DNA of 64,000 nucleotides, from the NCBI RefSeq assembly GCF_009914755.1, contig NC_060947.1. The stretch is one strand, 5' to 3'. Shown here piece by piece: positions 1 through 17,554 of this stretch. The stretch comes from the human T2T-CHM13v2.0 reference genome, Homo sapiens. The position numbers and the translations under genes were made by a program. The notes beneath the pieces were generated by a model. That model had not been told where the DNA came from. It made no database searches and saw nothing but the letters and a program-made list of their open reading frames with translations. Within the stretch, counting starts at the first letter, position 1, and each line of letters starts with the position of its first letter.

Positions 1-379
<379 letters not shown>

Positions 380-479
380 TTAGATTCTTTTTGTCCACAT
401 AGCTGAAAAAAATATTATAATTCCTCTATTTTCACTCTTCCTTTAAGAAAAATAAATCAAGCCACTTAAATATTGCTTA

Positions 480-950
480 TTCACCTGCCTTTTCAAATAT
501 TTAAAGGAACACCTAAATTGTGCTGAGCTGTGTGTTGAGTGCTGGAGATATAATAGTAAACAAATGCTCCTTCGTTTTAAGGAGTTGTAATTGAGGAAAC
601 TGACATGGTAGCTAATCATTTTAATAGAAGGTGGGATAATTGTAAAGCTGGATCTATGCCAGAGTTTCTTGTGAATATAAAAGGAAAATAACTCATGAAC
701 GAGGGGACAGTTCCAAGAAAGGATTTGTGGAGGTGGTTACACCTAAGCTACTGATATTCTGTCTCAAACTTAGGTTTTTCTAGTCTCAAAGTCCACACTT
801 ATTCCACTGTATCACATTATAGTAGAGGCTGTACAATGCCGAACTAACAGCTAAATGTGGCTGAACAATAAGTTTCTTAATCTAATAATAATATGCTTCT
901 ATTTCTCATAAGGTTGTTGAGATGACAAGAATGAAAATCATTAAGAAATA
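480..950. mobile_element. Degraded L2/MIR fragments
   Basis: Motifs such as 'gtgctggagatataatagtaaacaaa' (L2-like) and 'tcataaggttgttgagatga' (MIR core-like); boundaries approximate. Confidence 0.45.
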
Positions 951-2059
951 GTTCTCTCCAAGATGATGTAATGCTAAAATTGCATATGATTACTTTGTTT
1001 CTGCAAAATGTTGCAATAGCCAAGAGACTTTAAAGTGATCAAAAGAAATAAAATAAAAATTAAAAACCCTTCAGCTTTAGTATATGGATTCTGGAGTAAG
1101 ATACTGTTATCTACTTTTTAAGAAGGATTAAACAACATTATTAAAAACATTTCAAATGAATGCTTACACCAGAAGACTGTAGAATGCTGAACAATTATCA
1201 GTGATCTTAAGTGGCAAGTAAGCTAGTCTTTTGCCCCATAGCATCCTGTGTTAGTGGTCCATTTAACACCTTCAGCTAGTATTTCCAGGGACTTGTTACA
1301 GGGACATAAATTTCAAGCAGAAAACAATTCAAAAACTATTGAAGTCCTTGGTCTGGTGTCTGCTTCCTCTACATTCTTTCCCTAGGCAATACAACCACTT
1401 TCATTTTTTATGCTACCATTTGTTGATGACACCTAGATCTAAAATCCAGGCCACAGGCTTTTTCCAGACTTTCCCTTCAAGTGTTATGAAGATTTTTTAT
1501 GCCAAGAGGAAGGCTTATCTTTGGTGAAAAAGTATGTCAAAGAAAAAGGAAACCGGTCATTGTCCTGGGAACGAAATATAAAAGTTGAGAGTTAGGTATA
1601 TAGCCAAATAGTTCATTTAATCTGCAGGAAAGAAGCAGAACAGAAACTAGGCTCTGCCATAGGTACAAATGGATTAAATGAAGCTTTTTTGCTATTATGT
1701 TTATGCTGGTGTTTCCCATGGGGTGCCATGATTGTTCTATTTTACTCTGTAGCCATTTTTTCTTGCCCTTTTTGCTTTTGTTTCTGCGTGCCTGATTCTC
1801 AAACTTTGACATATGACCAATCTGTTTCTCAGGCTGTAGACATACACCTTCATTCCTTGGCTAACCTTTTTTCTTCCTTCACCAGAACTGAGGCCCTTCT
1901 CTTGTGATAGAGTGCCAAAGTCAATCCATTATTACAACTCTGCACCTGTCTCCACCCCTTTTTTTTTTTTTTGCCATTTCCTGACTTCAATTTTAATTGT
2001 GAAGCAAGATTTTATTTCTTTTAAATTTTAAATTTTGGTGGGTACATTGTAGGTTTGTA

Positions 2060-4229
2060 GATATATATATGCACCATATATATATGGTATATGGTGTATA
2101 TATATACACACCATATAGATACACACCATATATATACACCATATATATACCATATATATACACATCATATATATACCATATATATACCATATATATACAC
2201 CATATATATACCATATATATACACCATATATATACCATATATATACACCATATATATACCATATATATACACCATATATATACCATATATATACCATATA
2301 TACACCATATATACACCATATATACACCTATATATACACCATATCTATACCATGTATATACACCATATATATACCATGTATATACACCATATATATACCA
2401 TATATATACCATATATACCATATATATACCATATGTATACCATATATATACACCATATGTATACCATATATATACATCATATATATACCATATATATATA
2501 CACCATATATATACCATATATATATACACCATATATATACCATATATATACACCATATATATACACCATATATATACTATATATACCATATCTATACACC
2601 ATATATATACCATATATACCATATGCATACCATATATACACCATATATACACCATATATATACCACATATATACACCATATATACCATATATGCACCATA
2701 TGTATACATATATACACCCTATATATACACCATATGTATACATATATACACCCTATATATACACCATATATATACCATATATATACACTCTATATACCAT
2801 ATATATACCATATATATACCATATATATACACCACATATATACACCATATATATACACACCATATAGATACACACCATATATATACACTACATATATACA
2901 CCATATATATACACCATATATATACACACCATATATATACCGTATATATACACACCATATATATATACTGTATATATATACACCATATATATATACTGTA
3001 TATATATACACCATATATATATACTGTATATATATACACCATATATATATACTGTATATATATACACCATATATATATACACCATATATACACCACATAT
3101 ATACACCATATATATACCGTATATATACCATATATACCATATACATCATATATATCATATATATCATATATATCATATATACACCATATATACACCATAT
3201 ATATACCATATATACACTATATATACCATATATATACACTATATATACTATATATACACCACATATATACACCATATATACACACCATATAGATATATAC
3301 ACCATATATATACACACCATATATATACACCATATATATACACACCATATATATACACACCATATATATACCATATATATACACCATATATATACTGTAT
3401 ATATATACACCACATATATACACCATATATATACCGTATATATACCATGTATATACACCATATATATACCATATATACACACACCATATGTATATACCAT
3501 ATATATACCATATGTATATACCATATATACCATATGTATATACCATATATACCATATATATACCACATATATATACCATATATATCACATATATACCATA
3601 TATACCATATACACCATATATATACCATATATACACCATATATATACCATATATACACCATATATATACCCCATATATACACCATGTATATATATACCAT
3701 ATATACACCATATATATACCATATATACACCATATATATACCCCATATATACACCATGTATATATACACCATATATACACCATGTATATATACACCATAT
3801 ATATACCATGTATATATACACCATATATATACCATGTATATATACACCATATATATACCATGTATATATACACCATATATATACCATGTATATATACACC
3901 ATATATATACCATGTATATATACACCATATATATACCATGTATATATACACCATATATATACCATGTATATATACACCATATATATACCATGTATATACA
4001 CCATATATCTATACCATATATATACACCATGTATCTATACCATATATATACACCATATATCTATACCATATATATACGCCATATCTATACCATATATATA
4101 CGCCATATCTATACCATATATATACGCCATATATATACCATATATATACGCCATATATATATACCATATATATACATCATATATATACCATATATATACA
4201 CCATATATATATATACCATATATATATAT
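2060..4229. repeat. ~2.2-kb complex (TA)n-CACC/TACC minisatellite array
   Basis: Directly visible; units such as 'tatatacaccatatatatacca', including a 26-bp unit repeated about 8 times at ~3781-3989. Confidence 0.98.
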
Positions 4230-4353
4230 GGTACATAAGATATTTTGATACAGACATACAATGGCTAATAATCACATCTAGGTAAATGGGGTATCCATTA
4301 CCTTAAATATGTATCCTTTCTTTGTGTTACAAACAATCCAATTACATTCTTAG

Positions 4354-4662
<309 letters not shown>

Positions 4663-5600
4663 CATTCTTAGTTATTTTTAAATGTACAATATAAATTATT
4701 GTTGACTATAGTCACCCTGTTGTGCTGTCAAATACTAGATCTTACTCATTCTTCCTAACTATATTATTGAAACTATTAAACATCCCCACTTCTCTCTCCC
4801 CTCCCCCAAACCCACTACCCTTCCCAGCCTCTGGTAACTGTCATTTTACCCTATCTCCATGAGTTCAATTGTTTTAATTTTTTTAGCTCCCATTTATAAG
4901 CGAGAACATGTGAAGTTTGTCTTTCTGTGCAAGGCTTATTTTGCGTAACACAATTACCCCCAGTTCCATCCATGTTGTTGCAAATGGCAGGATCTCTTTT
5001 TTTTATGGCTGAATATACTCCATTGTGTATGTGTACATTTTCTTTCTTCATTCATCTGCTGATTGACACTTAGGTTACTTCCAAGTCTTACCTGTTGTGA
5101 ACAGTGTTGCAACAAATATGGGAGTGCAGATATCTCTTCGATATACTGATTTCCCTTATTTTGGGTATCTACTCAGCAGTGGGATTGCTGGATCATATGG
5201 TAGCTCAATTTTTAGCTTTTGGAGGAACTTCCAAATTGTTCCCATAGTGGTTATATTCATTTACATTTCCACCAACAGTGTACCAGGCTTCCGTTTTCTC
5301 CACATCCTCGCCAGTGTTTGTTATTGCCTGTCTTTTAGATGTAAGGCATTTTAACCGGGGTGAGATGATACCTTACTGTAGTTTTGATTTGCATTTTTCT
5401 GATGATCAATGATAGTGAGCCCCTTTTTGTATGACTGTTTGCCATTCATGTGTCTTCTTTGGAGAAGTATCTATTCAAATCTTTTGCGCATTGTTCGATT
5501 ATTTTACTAGATTTTTCCTATAGAGTTTTTTGAGCTCCTTATACATTCTGCTTATTAATGCCTTGTCAGATGGGTAGTTTGAAAATATTTTCTCCCAACC

Positions 5601-7548
<1,948 letters not shown>

Positions 7549-8624
7549 TGAAGCAAATAAAAAAGCTTTAGAAAAATTTGTACCCCTCACACCAAAGTGA
7601 TTAAATGATAGTGATAGTCCACCTAAAATGTATAGTTTCTGATTTTTAAAACCAGTTTATATATTTTATATTTCATTACATAAATGTACACCAATAAAAT
7701 GGCCAAAAATGATATAGTAAGGCTAATTATGTCATTGAATGGCCAGTTGTGTTCTTTGAAGGCTTGGAGTTCTTGAAGTTCCAAGAAAGCCTCTGAGCTG
7801 GTGTGATTTGGGGGGCACTGCTAAAGTTGTCTTTCCCGCATCAGGCAAAATGTCTTGCTATCACCTGTCACTCTTTATAGTCCCAATAATAGTCATTTAA
7901 CTTTAATTCAAAGTGCCTAATTAAAATATAAGCACTATTAATGGGAGAAAGAGGTTTGAAGTAAAGAAAGGGCCCAAAGGCCAGTCTTTTTTTTTTTTTC
8001 ATGGTTTCCCTCAGACCCCACCCAATACGTTTTTTTGGAAGATTAACATGCTAATGTTTATAGAATGCTGTAAAGTCTTCGTATAACAAAAGAGATCTAC
8101 ATACTCCAATGGCAATAGTAATACAGTATAATGTTCAAAGAACATATAGATGTCACATATGTGGAATATTCCTATCAGGGAAACCCTTACATATTCCCTC
8201 TGTTACCTTTACATGGCATTTCTTCTTCTATTATTCCTGGCAATGTCTGCCTTAGTGAAAAGACAGGGGTCAAGCCAATATGTTCCCATTGCATGCACTC
8301 GTTACAAAGATTTAATTCGCTGATAAACATGTTACCATATTAAATCTGCAGCTTGCCTACCAAGAGTAAATGTTTTGTGTGAGTGTGTATCTAAATGCAT
8401 AGTCTGAAAAGAAGATAGGGGGCAAGTTATTGCAGGAAAATTCTTCGTGGGAAACTATTGCCTTCTGATGAGCTACTATCTGTTCCCAGCATGTGCTTTC
8501 ATTAGTCATCCATTAACAACCACCAGTTCATCTCCTAAACATTCAGGGTTCCTCATGGTAAAATAACTGTTTCTTCCTAGTGTCACGTTTTTCCTACTGT
8601 GCTATGCAGCCATAATTTTTGAGA

Positions 8625-8868
8625 TTTTTTAAAATTTTTATTTTTAAGTTCTGGGGTACATGTGCAGGATGTGCAGGTTTGTTACATAGGTAAACATCTG
8701 CCATGGTGGTTTGCTGCACCTATCAACCCATCACCTAGGTATTAAGCCCAGCATGTTTTAGCTATTTTTCCTAAAGCTCTCTCTCCCCCTACCCACCCCC
8801 CACAACAGGACCCAGTGTGTGTTTTTCCCTCCCTGTGTCCATGTAATCTTATTGTTCAGCTCCCATTT
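8625..8868 (-). mobile_element. L1PA (older primate) 3'-end fragment
   Basis: 'ggggtacatgtgcaggatgtgcaggtttgttacatagg...ccatggtggtttgctgcacc' L1PA 3' UTR motif. Confidence 0.88.
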
Positions 8869-9036
8869 TTAATCTTGCTACCTTCTCTTCTGCTCCCTTA
8901 CTATTCTATGAGTGATTATCTACCTACCTAAATTGTTTTTCAGTAGAAAGAAAGCATTATATAGAGTGGCAGCCATCCCAAAACTCTGTGGTTACCCCCA
9001 ACTTTTTCCCCACCCTCTACATGGGTTATAAACTTA

Positions 9037-9551
<515 letters not shown>

Positions 9552-11435
9552 TTATAAATTGAATTATTATGGTAAATAGTGGATATTTTGTCAAGTAAAA
9601 ATAAAAATATAAAATAGTATAATAAACATTTGCATGTATTTACCAGACAAGTGGCCCTTTAATATTTACATTTACGATTAATTTTTAAAAATATAACATA
9701 GACTTATGAAGTAGAAAAGGACTTTACAGTTTTGTCTAATTAAATTATTTGCACTCATAAAAATAGTCATGCCACCCCACTTATAAATATCTACCCCCGC
9801 AATAAAATCCTTATATACAACCAAAATATATTTCACAATGTCCTTTATTAATGCATAACACTTAAAAGTCTTCCCTTGATGATTAAATAATGTCAAAAAC
9901 AGACTTAAAAAATAAGGATTTGGAAATTTTTGATAACAATTTAGTGGGGGCGATCCATCAATAACTTCATAAATTTCTTCCAGAGTAGGATAACATAGTT
10001 GAACCACAAATCCTGTTCCCATCTTGGAGTCTCACTCAGACAGTTGAATTCAAATTCACAAGTCTAAAGTACCAAGATACAGTCCAAATTGGAGTACCTG
10101 GAGAGTCCAAGAAAGCTGTTTGTGATGTCACATGAGGTGTCTTCAATAGTGTTGATATTCAATCCTGAGAGAAGATGTAACCCAGGCGAAGATTTTAATG
10201 TAGAGGAATCTGGAACTGAGGTGAGATCTGGAAAGCCAAATGTAGGTACTCTGCTACCAGACAGAAGTAAGTTTTGTCTCTGGTCAGACAACGATCTCTT
10301 TCTGTAGCAAGGACGCTGTAACAGCTAGGCTTTAGGAACCTAAGCAGTGAGACCAGCTGCTAAACAGCCCGGCCACAGAGGGCAAGAGTCATTTGAGAAG
10401 AGCTTCTTATATACTACTAGGTCTTCTCTCATTGGTTGAGAGTCTGGGTGGGGCTGATTATGTCAATAATCAGGTGAATTGTGATATCATAGACCATGTA
10501 AGTACTGACATATATGTTATTATATTAACCAAGCTATGTTGTACATTACAGAGTACAAGGGCAGATTGTAATGTCATAAAGTTTACAGTGTACCAGGAGA
10601 TATAAACAGAAAATTACAATACAATATATATGCTAGGATACAGATATATGTAAGGTACTGAGAGAAGACATAGCAAGGAGTAATTAACTCTGTGTGTGGA
10701 GGTTTAGAAAGGGCTTCCCAGATAAAGTACTGTCTCAGCTGGGTCTTTAATTATGGGTAGACATTTGCCTGTGTGTACAGGAAGGAGGTTTGAAAAAGGG
10801 GTATATTACAGATGTCATTCTAGGCAAGACAGACAAAAGTATACAAAAGCACAGAAAAATGAAAGGGAAAAAATAGCTGGAGATGAGGCTGGAGTAGAAA
10901 GCATATCTCAGACCTCAAAGTAACCTAATTCTTCATGATATAGTATGCCTTTTTAGTCAAGTTTTATTCTTAATGAAATGAGGAAATATTTGTGTAAGAA
11001 TACTTACAAGTCATCACCAATGTTGTATTTCCCTAAAAGCTACAGAACATAATCTATTAAAATCCTATAGATTTACTTTAATAATGCAATGCTGTCATCA
11101 TAAGGACTTTCCTGTGAAGTCATGGAACCTAAAACTATAATTTGTATACATCTATCCAGTGTTAACAATTTGTAGGGCATCAGACCAGGAAGGAGGTTTG
11201 GAAAGTTAGTAGCAAGTCAAAATGTGACTTCAGTACTACTAAGAAAATAGGGTGATATTAGATAATCAACATTTATAATGTTATGGAATTATTAATAGAA
11301 TATCAAAATATTAATGAAACATAAATTGTCCTGATCCAAAATGGAACCATGCATTATTCAAATTATTTACTGAAAGAAAACCTGTGTTCATCTACCAAGT
11401 TTCACAGAACATCTATCAAGTTTCACAGAACATCT

Positions 11436-11733
11436 AATATATAGTATATATATTATAGTATATATAATAATATTATATAGTATATATCATATAGTATATA
11501 TCATATAGTATATATCATATATACTATAGAATATATATTATAATACTCTATAGTATATATGATATATACTATAGAATATATATTATAATATTATATAGTA
11601 TATATCATATAGTATATATCATATATCATATATACTATATTATATATTATAGTATATATACATATAATACATTATATATTATAGTATATATACATATAAT
11701 ACTTTATACATAGTATATTGTATATCATATAAT
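11436..11733. repeat. AT-rich low-complexity minisatellite with internal inverted repeats
   Basis: Units like 'tatagtatatatca'; 27-bp perfect inverted repeat 11504-11530 / 11547-11573. Confidence 0.9.
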
Positions 11734-12929
11734 AAATGGCATTCTGCTTTATAAGCATTTCTTTTCCCTGCTAAAATATAATTTTACTCATCCTCAACAG
11801 GTTTTCCTAGGAATATTGAGTAAAGTGCCTTTTCTGTACCTCTTTCATTTTTCTCTGCTTTTACTTGTCAGCATCTCTTTATTTCAATCTATTTGATCAT
11901 AGGTTTTCAAAATCAATGTATTATGTTTAGAAGGGCTGAAGTGTTATTTGGATGATGACTAGAAAGAGATACTGCTACTTCTAACAAATAGGCACACCTT
12001 TCTTTTTGATCCTTTCCTCCAACCCCAGGCCACAACTAAAACTGCTTCTTTTGAATTACCTTCAAGTAACAGAGTATGTAAACGTGGTGGAGACTGTTCT
12101 TAAAATCTTGTGCAAATCCTGTAAAACCAAACAGAAAAAAATCTAAAGTCCTACCAGAAATTAATGAGCACTGAATACATGGTAGAATTTTGAAGCATTT
12201 GTAAAAACTACATTGAAGAAACTAGAGTTAGAAACAGTACCAAAGTTCTGCCTCCTAAGCCAGGATGAGGACATGGTAAAAGAATATCTTGATGACCTCC
12301 AACCATCGTGCCTAAATTATTGATAAATTAAGGAAGCTGGAGGATGAGAAAATCTGTAAATCTGTATTAACCTAAGAAATTGGCAGAGGAGAAAGTATAG
12401 TATATAGATAGAGTGTATGTCAAATAAGGCAGCAATAAATATTTTTAAAAGCAAAACCATCTGGCAAATTTAGAAACTATATGACTTTTATGGCTACTCT
12501 TAGAATTTGCCAAAGATTAAGAATTGCCCCTCCTCTGTGATCAGTTTTCTGCTTCTCAATGTAAAGTTCTTCCTTCCAGCTTTTCAACACTTTTATTCAC
12601 AAATATCATTCTATGACATCATTACTGATCTCCTTGACATTTTCGACAAATCTCTTGCTTCCTCCAAACTTCACTCTCTTCCCTCTCCAGCCTGCTTTGA
12701 AAAAGCTTATCTCATAAGCTTGAAGAGAATTAAGTATATCATACACAGTACTCCCAGAACATCATGTGTACTGCCTCTGTCATAGAATTTACAATGATGT
12801 ACTGAAATTTGCTTGCATGTCTGTCTCTCTACTACACAGTAAATTCCTACTTACTAATATATAAAAATTCAAATGAAATATAATACGAATTGTATGACCA
12901 GGATGGAATCATAACTTTGAAGATGAGAG

Positions 12930-12986
12930 ATGATAGATAGATAGGTAGATAGATAGATGATAGATAGATAGATAGATAGATAGATA
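12930..12986. repeat. (GATA)n tetranucleotide microsatellite
   Basis: Directly visible. Confidence 0.95.
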
Positions 12987-13009
12987 TTCAAATCCAAATG
13001 ACCAACCGC

Positions 13010-13160
13010 ATCACTTTGGGCATTTAATATTGCCAAATCTCAGTTTGTTTGTTTGTTTCTTTTTAGTTTTAATCTGTAACTACTTTATAAGGTTGTTGTG
13101 AGGAGTAAACGAGATAATGTAAAGTTTCCCAGAAAAAAAAAATAGTTAACTCATGCTAGT
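13010..13160. mobile_element. MIR fragment
   Basis: 'tctcagttt...ataaggttgttgtgaggagtaaacgagataatgtaaag' MIR core motif. Confidence 0.6.
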
Positions 13161-14079
13161 TTCATTCATCTCATGATTTTAGGGGTTGTTCAATACATTA
13201 TGAAATATATAAATATGGTACTGCAGTAGGTTAAACACCATAAACTATAGTTCATCCTGGTAGAAGCTGAAAATCATTTAATAAACTTCAATGTATATTT
13301 ATAATAAATACATTTCAAATATGAAAATAGGAAGGCCATCCCTTACTATATTACAAAGTAACAACCAGTATAATTATAATAATGTGTGGCTATAGGATTA
13401 GGAAGATTAAGCATAAAAAAATTACAGCAATAAGTCCTACTATGAGTGATAAATGAAGCATCAAAATCAATGATAAAAGAAAACATGTTAGATAAATTCA
13501 GCTTCTCATCTCATCTCACATATAAAAGTAAATTCTGGGAAGATGAAAATGTTGACGATTTAAAACCTATTCAAAGAAAAACAAGAATAATAGAATAGAA
13601 TATTTATCCAACTATGTATTTATCCAGCATCTAAGATTAAAAAAAAATAGATGATTACACAAATGAGAAGACTGACAGATTTGCATGTAAATATAAAATG
13701 TTTATCTATGATAACTTTTGTTAATGTGAAGTGGATTGGGATTAAATAATTGCAGCAAACATAAACATAAGCAAAATTAAAAGATAAAGACTGGCATAAA
13801 ATATTTGAGACAATTTTTAATAAGTTAGAATATTATATCATAAAATGTGTCTGTAGGTTTTTTTTAGGACAGTGTATAATGCACCTCCTATATACTGGAA
13901 AATGAATAGAAATGTAATATTTACATATTCTCATTTATAATTCTTTTCAAAACCACCATTGTCTACATTACTCTAAATTAGTAATATGCTTTCATTGTAC
14001 AGAATTTTCTACAAATGCAATTTCTAAACTCTGTGAGATTATAGAAGTATAAAATGTGTTCATAACACAAAACTTACAT

Positions 14080-14900
14080 TGGAGGCATCAGCAAAAATGG
14101 CTAAGTACTTTCAAAATTCTCTCCTTCATAAAAGCAGTAAGAAAATTTACAGAAATTCTCTGAATCAACTATTTCGGGACTTTGAAAATTAACTAAATGC
14201 TTGCAGCAACCCAGAATGTGTTTGTTTAAGAAAATGGCTGAATGTTGTTAAGAATAGCAATCTCCGTGACATTTTAACTTGTCCTATTCCCATTCCCCCT
14301 TCAAGTGCCATGGTAGCCTTAAAAACCAACATCCTACAATCATGTTGAAAACCTGCAGCCTGGCAGCTACTGGATGGGGGAAGGGAAGGGGTAGAATGAG
14401 GTTGCAGCTCCTTCAGAGCCTCATTTCCAGAGAATTTTCATTATTTGACTTGTCTGGTAGTTCCCTGGAAGCATTAACACCAATCCTTCAAAAACTACCA
14501 AAAAACAAAAATGGGAAGAATATTTCCCAATTCTGTTTATGAGGCCAATATTATCCTGATGCCAAAATCAAACAAGGACATCACAAGAAAACTACAGACC
14601 AAAACCCCTTACAAATATAGATGAAACAAATCCTGAGCAAATTACTAGCAAACTGAATCCAGCAGTATATAAGAAAGATTGAACACTGTGACAATGGTGT
14701 TATCTCAGAAATGCAAGGTTGTTTCAACATATGAAAATAAATCATTATAATACACTATATTAATAGAGTGAAAAACATAAACTACCTGATTACTTAAATG
14801 GACACCCAAAGAAACCATTTGAGAAAATCCAATACACTTTCATGGTAAAACAACAAACTAGGAATAGAAGGGAACTTCCACAACCTGATCAAGAGCTTTG
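14080..14900 (+). mobile_element. Old L1M fragments (5'-end-like piece joined to an ORF2 piece at ~14470)
   Basis: ORF2-like 'aacaccaatcctt...tatgaggccaatattatcctgatgccaaaatcaaacaaggacatcacaagaaaactacagacc'; the upstream piece resembles an L1MB/MC 5' end. Confidence 0.6.
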
Positions 14901-15331
14901 TGAAAAGTGAGGCTTTGTGTAAAGTGAAGGACACACGTATATGAGTTTGTTGTGTTTATTTGATTAGAGAACCTTCACTACTACTGAAAATAGAGGATCT
15001 CAGTATCTAATGAAATTAAACTTCAGGTGTTCAAGTTCCTCATGAAATTTTCTTAGTGGTTTGAGTGAATTGCTTTTTAAAGCCTTCTCTCTTTCAAATA
15101 GTAATGTCTTTCATGAAAGCTAATGACTATCCTTATCAATATGCTTATTCTATGCAGCTAAAGCAGATACCTTTTGTGTGCCTGGATTATTTTTTCAATT
15201 GTACCCTAATATACATAGCATTTGCTCTATCCCTGATCACTTCAAGCAACAGCATTGAACATAAGAATAAATCATCTCCATCAATCAATACATCCACCAC
15301 ATCTCAGCTTCACCCTTCCTAGCTCTCTAGG

Positions 15332-15552
15332 TCAGAGGTCAGCTAACCACAGCCCATGGGCCAAATCCTGCTGGCTGCCTCTTTGGTAAAAACAGGCATA
15401 CTAGAATAAAACCACATCCATTATTTTAAAGATTGTCTATGGCTGATTTCATCCTGCAATAGTAGAGTTGAGTAGTTGCAATGAAGATTGTATTGCCCAC
15501 AAAGACTAAAATAGATACTATTTGGCCCTTTACAGAAAATGTTTGCTGTTGT
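15332..15552 (+). mobile_element. MER58-like hAT-Charlie MITE
   Basis: 'cagaggtcagctaaccacagcccatgggccaaatcc ... tatttggccctttacagaaaatgtttgc'. Confidence 0.75.
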
Positions 15553-16009
15553 TTGGCCTAAGATGCAGTGTTTTTATTTGTTAGTTTTGTTTTATGTGTG
15601 TATTTATTTATTTATTTTGCTTTGGCTTTCTTCTCTTAATTGCTGCAATTTTTTAAATGCCTTTTCTACTCCAATGTGCATTTATTTGCCCAATTTATTA
15701 TTTAACTAATTTTGACCACATAATACTCCTCACTATATTATAAAACCATGAGAACAAGTATAATTTTACCTTCTGAATCATTATCTCCTTCTGCCCAGTA
15801 GATTTTAACAACTAAATATTTATTAAATACATAAATAAATGCTACATGGGTAAAATACTTCAAATTTATTTTGGAATAACAAAGAGAATAAATTTATTAA
15901 ATACTCCAGTTCTCCTAAAACCCATTTCAATATTGTTCTAATCATACTAGCAAGTTGAATAATTTACTACTCTGAAAATGACATTTCTGTTATTAAATAT
16001 AGTAGTTAC

Positions 16010-17033
16010 TGTCAACTGAAATAAATGCATACATTTAGAAAAGGAGAGAAAAAAATTTATTTCTTATAAAGGGTTACAGCATTTGGAAGGAGGAGGTGTG
16101 GGGGTAGGTGCTTTATGATGAACAGGTTAGCTAAACATACATATTCAGCAGATTACAGGATGATCTGTGAATATTCATGAAAGGGGTTGTGACACATGCA
16201 TATTGAATACACATGCATATAACATATGACCCATGTTTACTTTGGGATGAAGACTTAACTTTTACATGTATTACAATTAGGCCCTCTATATCAAAAGGTC
16301 TTTTCAGGACATGAAGGTGCACAAGTGCACAATCTCCGTAAGCCAGCCAGAACCAGTTCATAGTCAGTGGTCTTATCTGGAGAAAGCTAATGAAATCAGT
16401 CTCTTGTCCAGTCAGAGCTGTAGTTATAGCTTGTGGAACACGGGCTGAGGATCAGCCTAGTCAGCAGCTGGTGGAACTGAAAATTGTTTTAATATCACTT
16501 GTTTTGAGACCAGTGCTTGTTTAGCTGCTAGAGAAAAAGAAAATCCTTGTGACAGTTAGAACATAGTTTATTCTTTAAGTGCAGGAATGTGTGATTTAAC
16601 CTTTGCCTGGCATGTCCTTAGATAATGTTTATAATCTAATATCTTATTGTCACATAGAGTCTGTTCTGTCAGCCTTTTAATCTCTATTTTAACATTAATG
16701 CTGGTCAGTTGTTCTGTCCAAACCACAAAATGGAGGGGGTGTAACAAGGTGTGTCTGACCTTCCATTCTGTCATGGCTGGGAACTCAGTTTTAAGGATTT
16801 TCTGCGTTCCCCTTTGCCAAGAGAGGGTCTGTTCTTTCAGTGGGGGGCATAGGATTTTATTTTTAAATTTTAAAATTTTTAACTTTGTTTTCTTTGGGGT
16901 ACATAGTAGATATATAAATATTATAAAATATTATAAATAAATATTATGGGGTACATGAAATGTTTTGATACAGGAATGGAATGTATAATAGTCACATCAT
17001 GAAGAAGGGGGTAGGAGTTTTTTTTAGTTTACA
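16010..17033 (-). mobile_element. ERV1 (MER4-group-like) solo LTR, interrupted by an L1MA 3' fragment (~16865-17010)
   Basis: TG...CA termini with 4-bp TSD ttac (16006-16009 / 17034-17037), the length typical of ERV1; the family assignment is tentative. Confidence 0.7.
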
Positions 17034-17211
17034 TTACTTTAATATTGGACCCCTGAAACACACTGTCCTTTGTTTAAAAAAGTAAATTTGAAAAACTTTT
17101 AGGGAAATCTTAAAAAATGGCAATAATTTAATTTTAAACCACAATTTATCAGTCATATATACATGACTGATATATAGAGAACACAGCTTTATATATACAG
17201 TGTTTAGCTAT

Positions 17212-17554
17212 TGATATGGTTTGGCTGTGTCCCCACCCAAATCTCAACTTGAATTGTATCTCCCAGAATTCCCACGTGTTATGGGAGGGACCCAGGGGGA
17301 GGTAATTGAATCATGGGGCCCAGTCTTTCTTGTGATAGTGAATAAGTCTCATGAGATCTCATGAGTTTATTAGGGGTTTCCGCTTTTGCTTCTTCCTCAT
17401 TTTCTCTTGCTGCTGCCATGTAAGAAGGGCCTTTTGCCTCCTGTCATGATTCTGAGGCCTCCCCAGCCATGTGGAACTATAAGTCCAATTCAACCTCTTT
17501 TACTTCCCAGTCTCGGGTATGTCTTTAGCAGTAGCATGAAAACGGCCTAACACA
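17212..17554 (-). mobile_element. THE1 (MaLR) solo LTR
   Basis: 'tgatatggtttggctgtgtccccacccaaatctc ... gaaaacggcctaacaca'; 5-bp near-TSD gctat/gctgt. Confidence 0.92.

Noticed and set aside
2060-4229. CRISPR-like repeat array
   Set aside because: No constant repeat with unique spacers; eukaryotic low-complexity minisatellite.
1993-4285. Many long overlapping Y/I/H/T- or Y/I/W/M-rich ORFs on both strands (up to 541 aa)
   Set aside because: Artefacts of the TA/CA tandem array, which rarely forms stop codons; open in all frames with no splice or codon signal.
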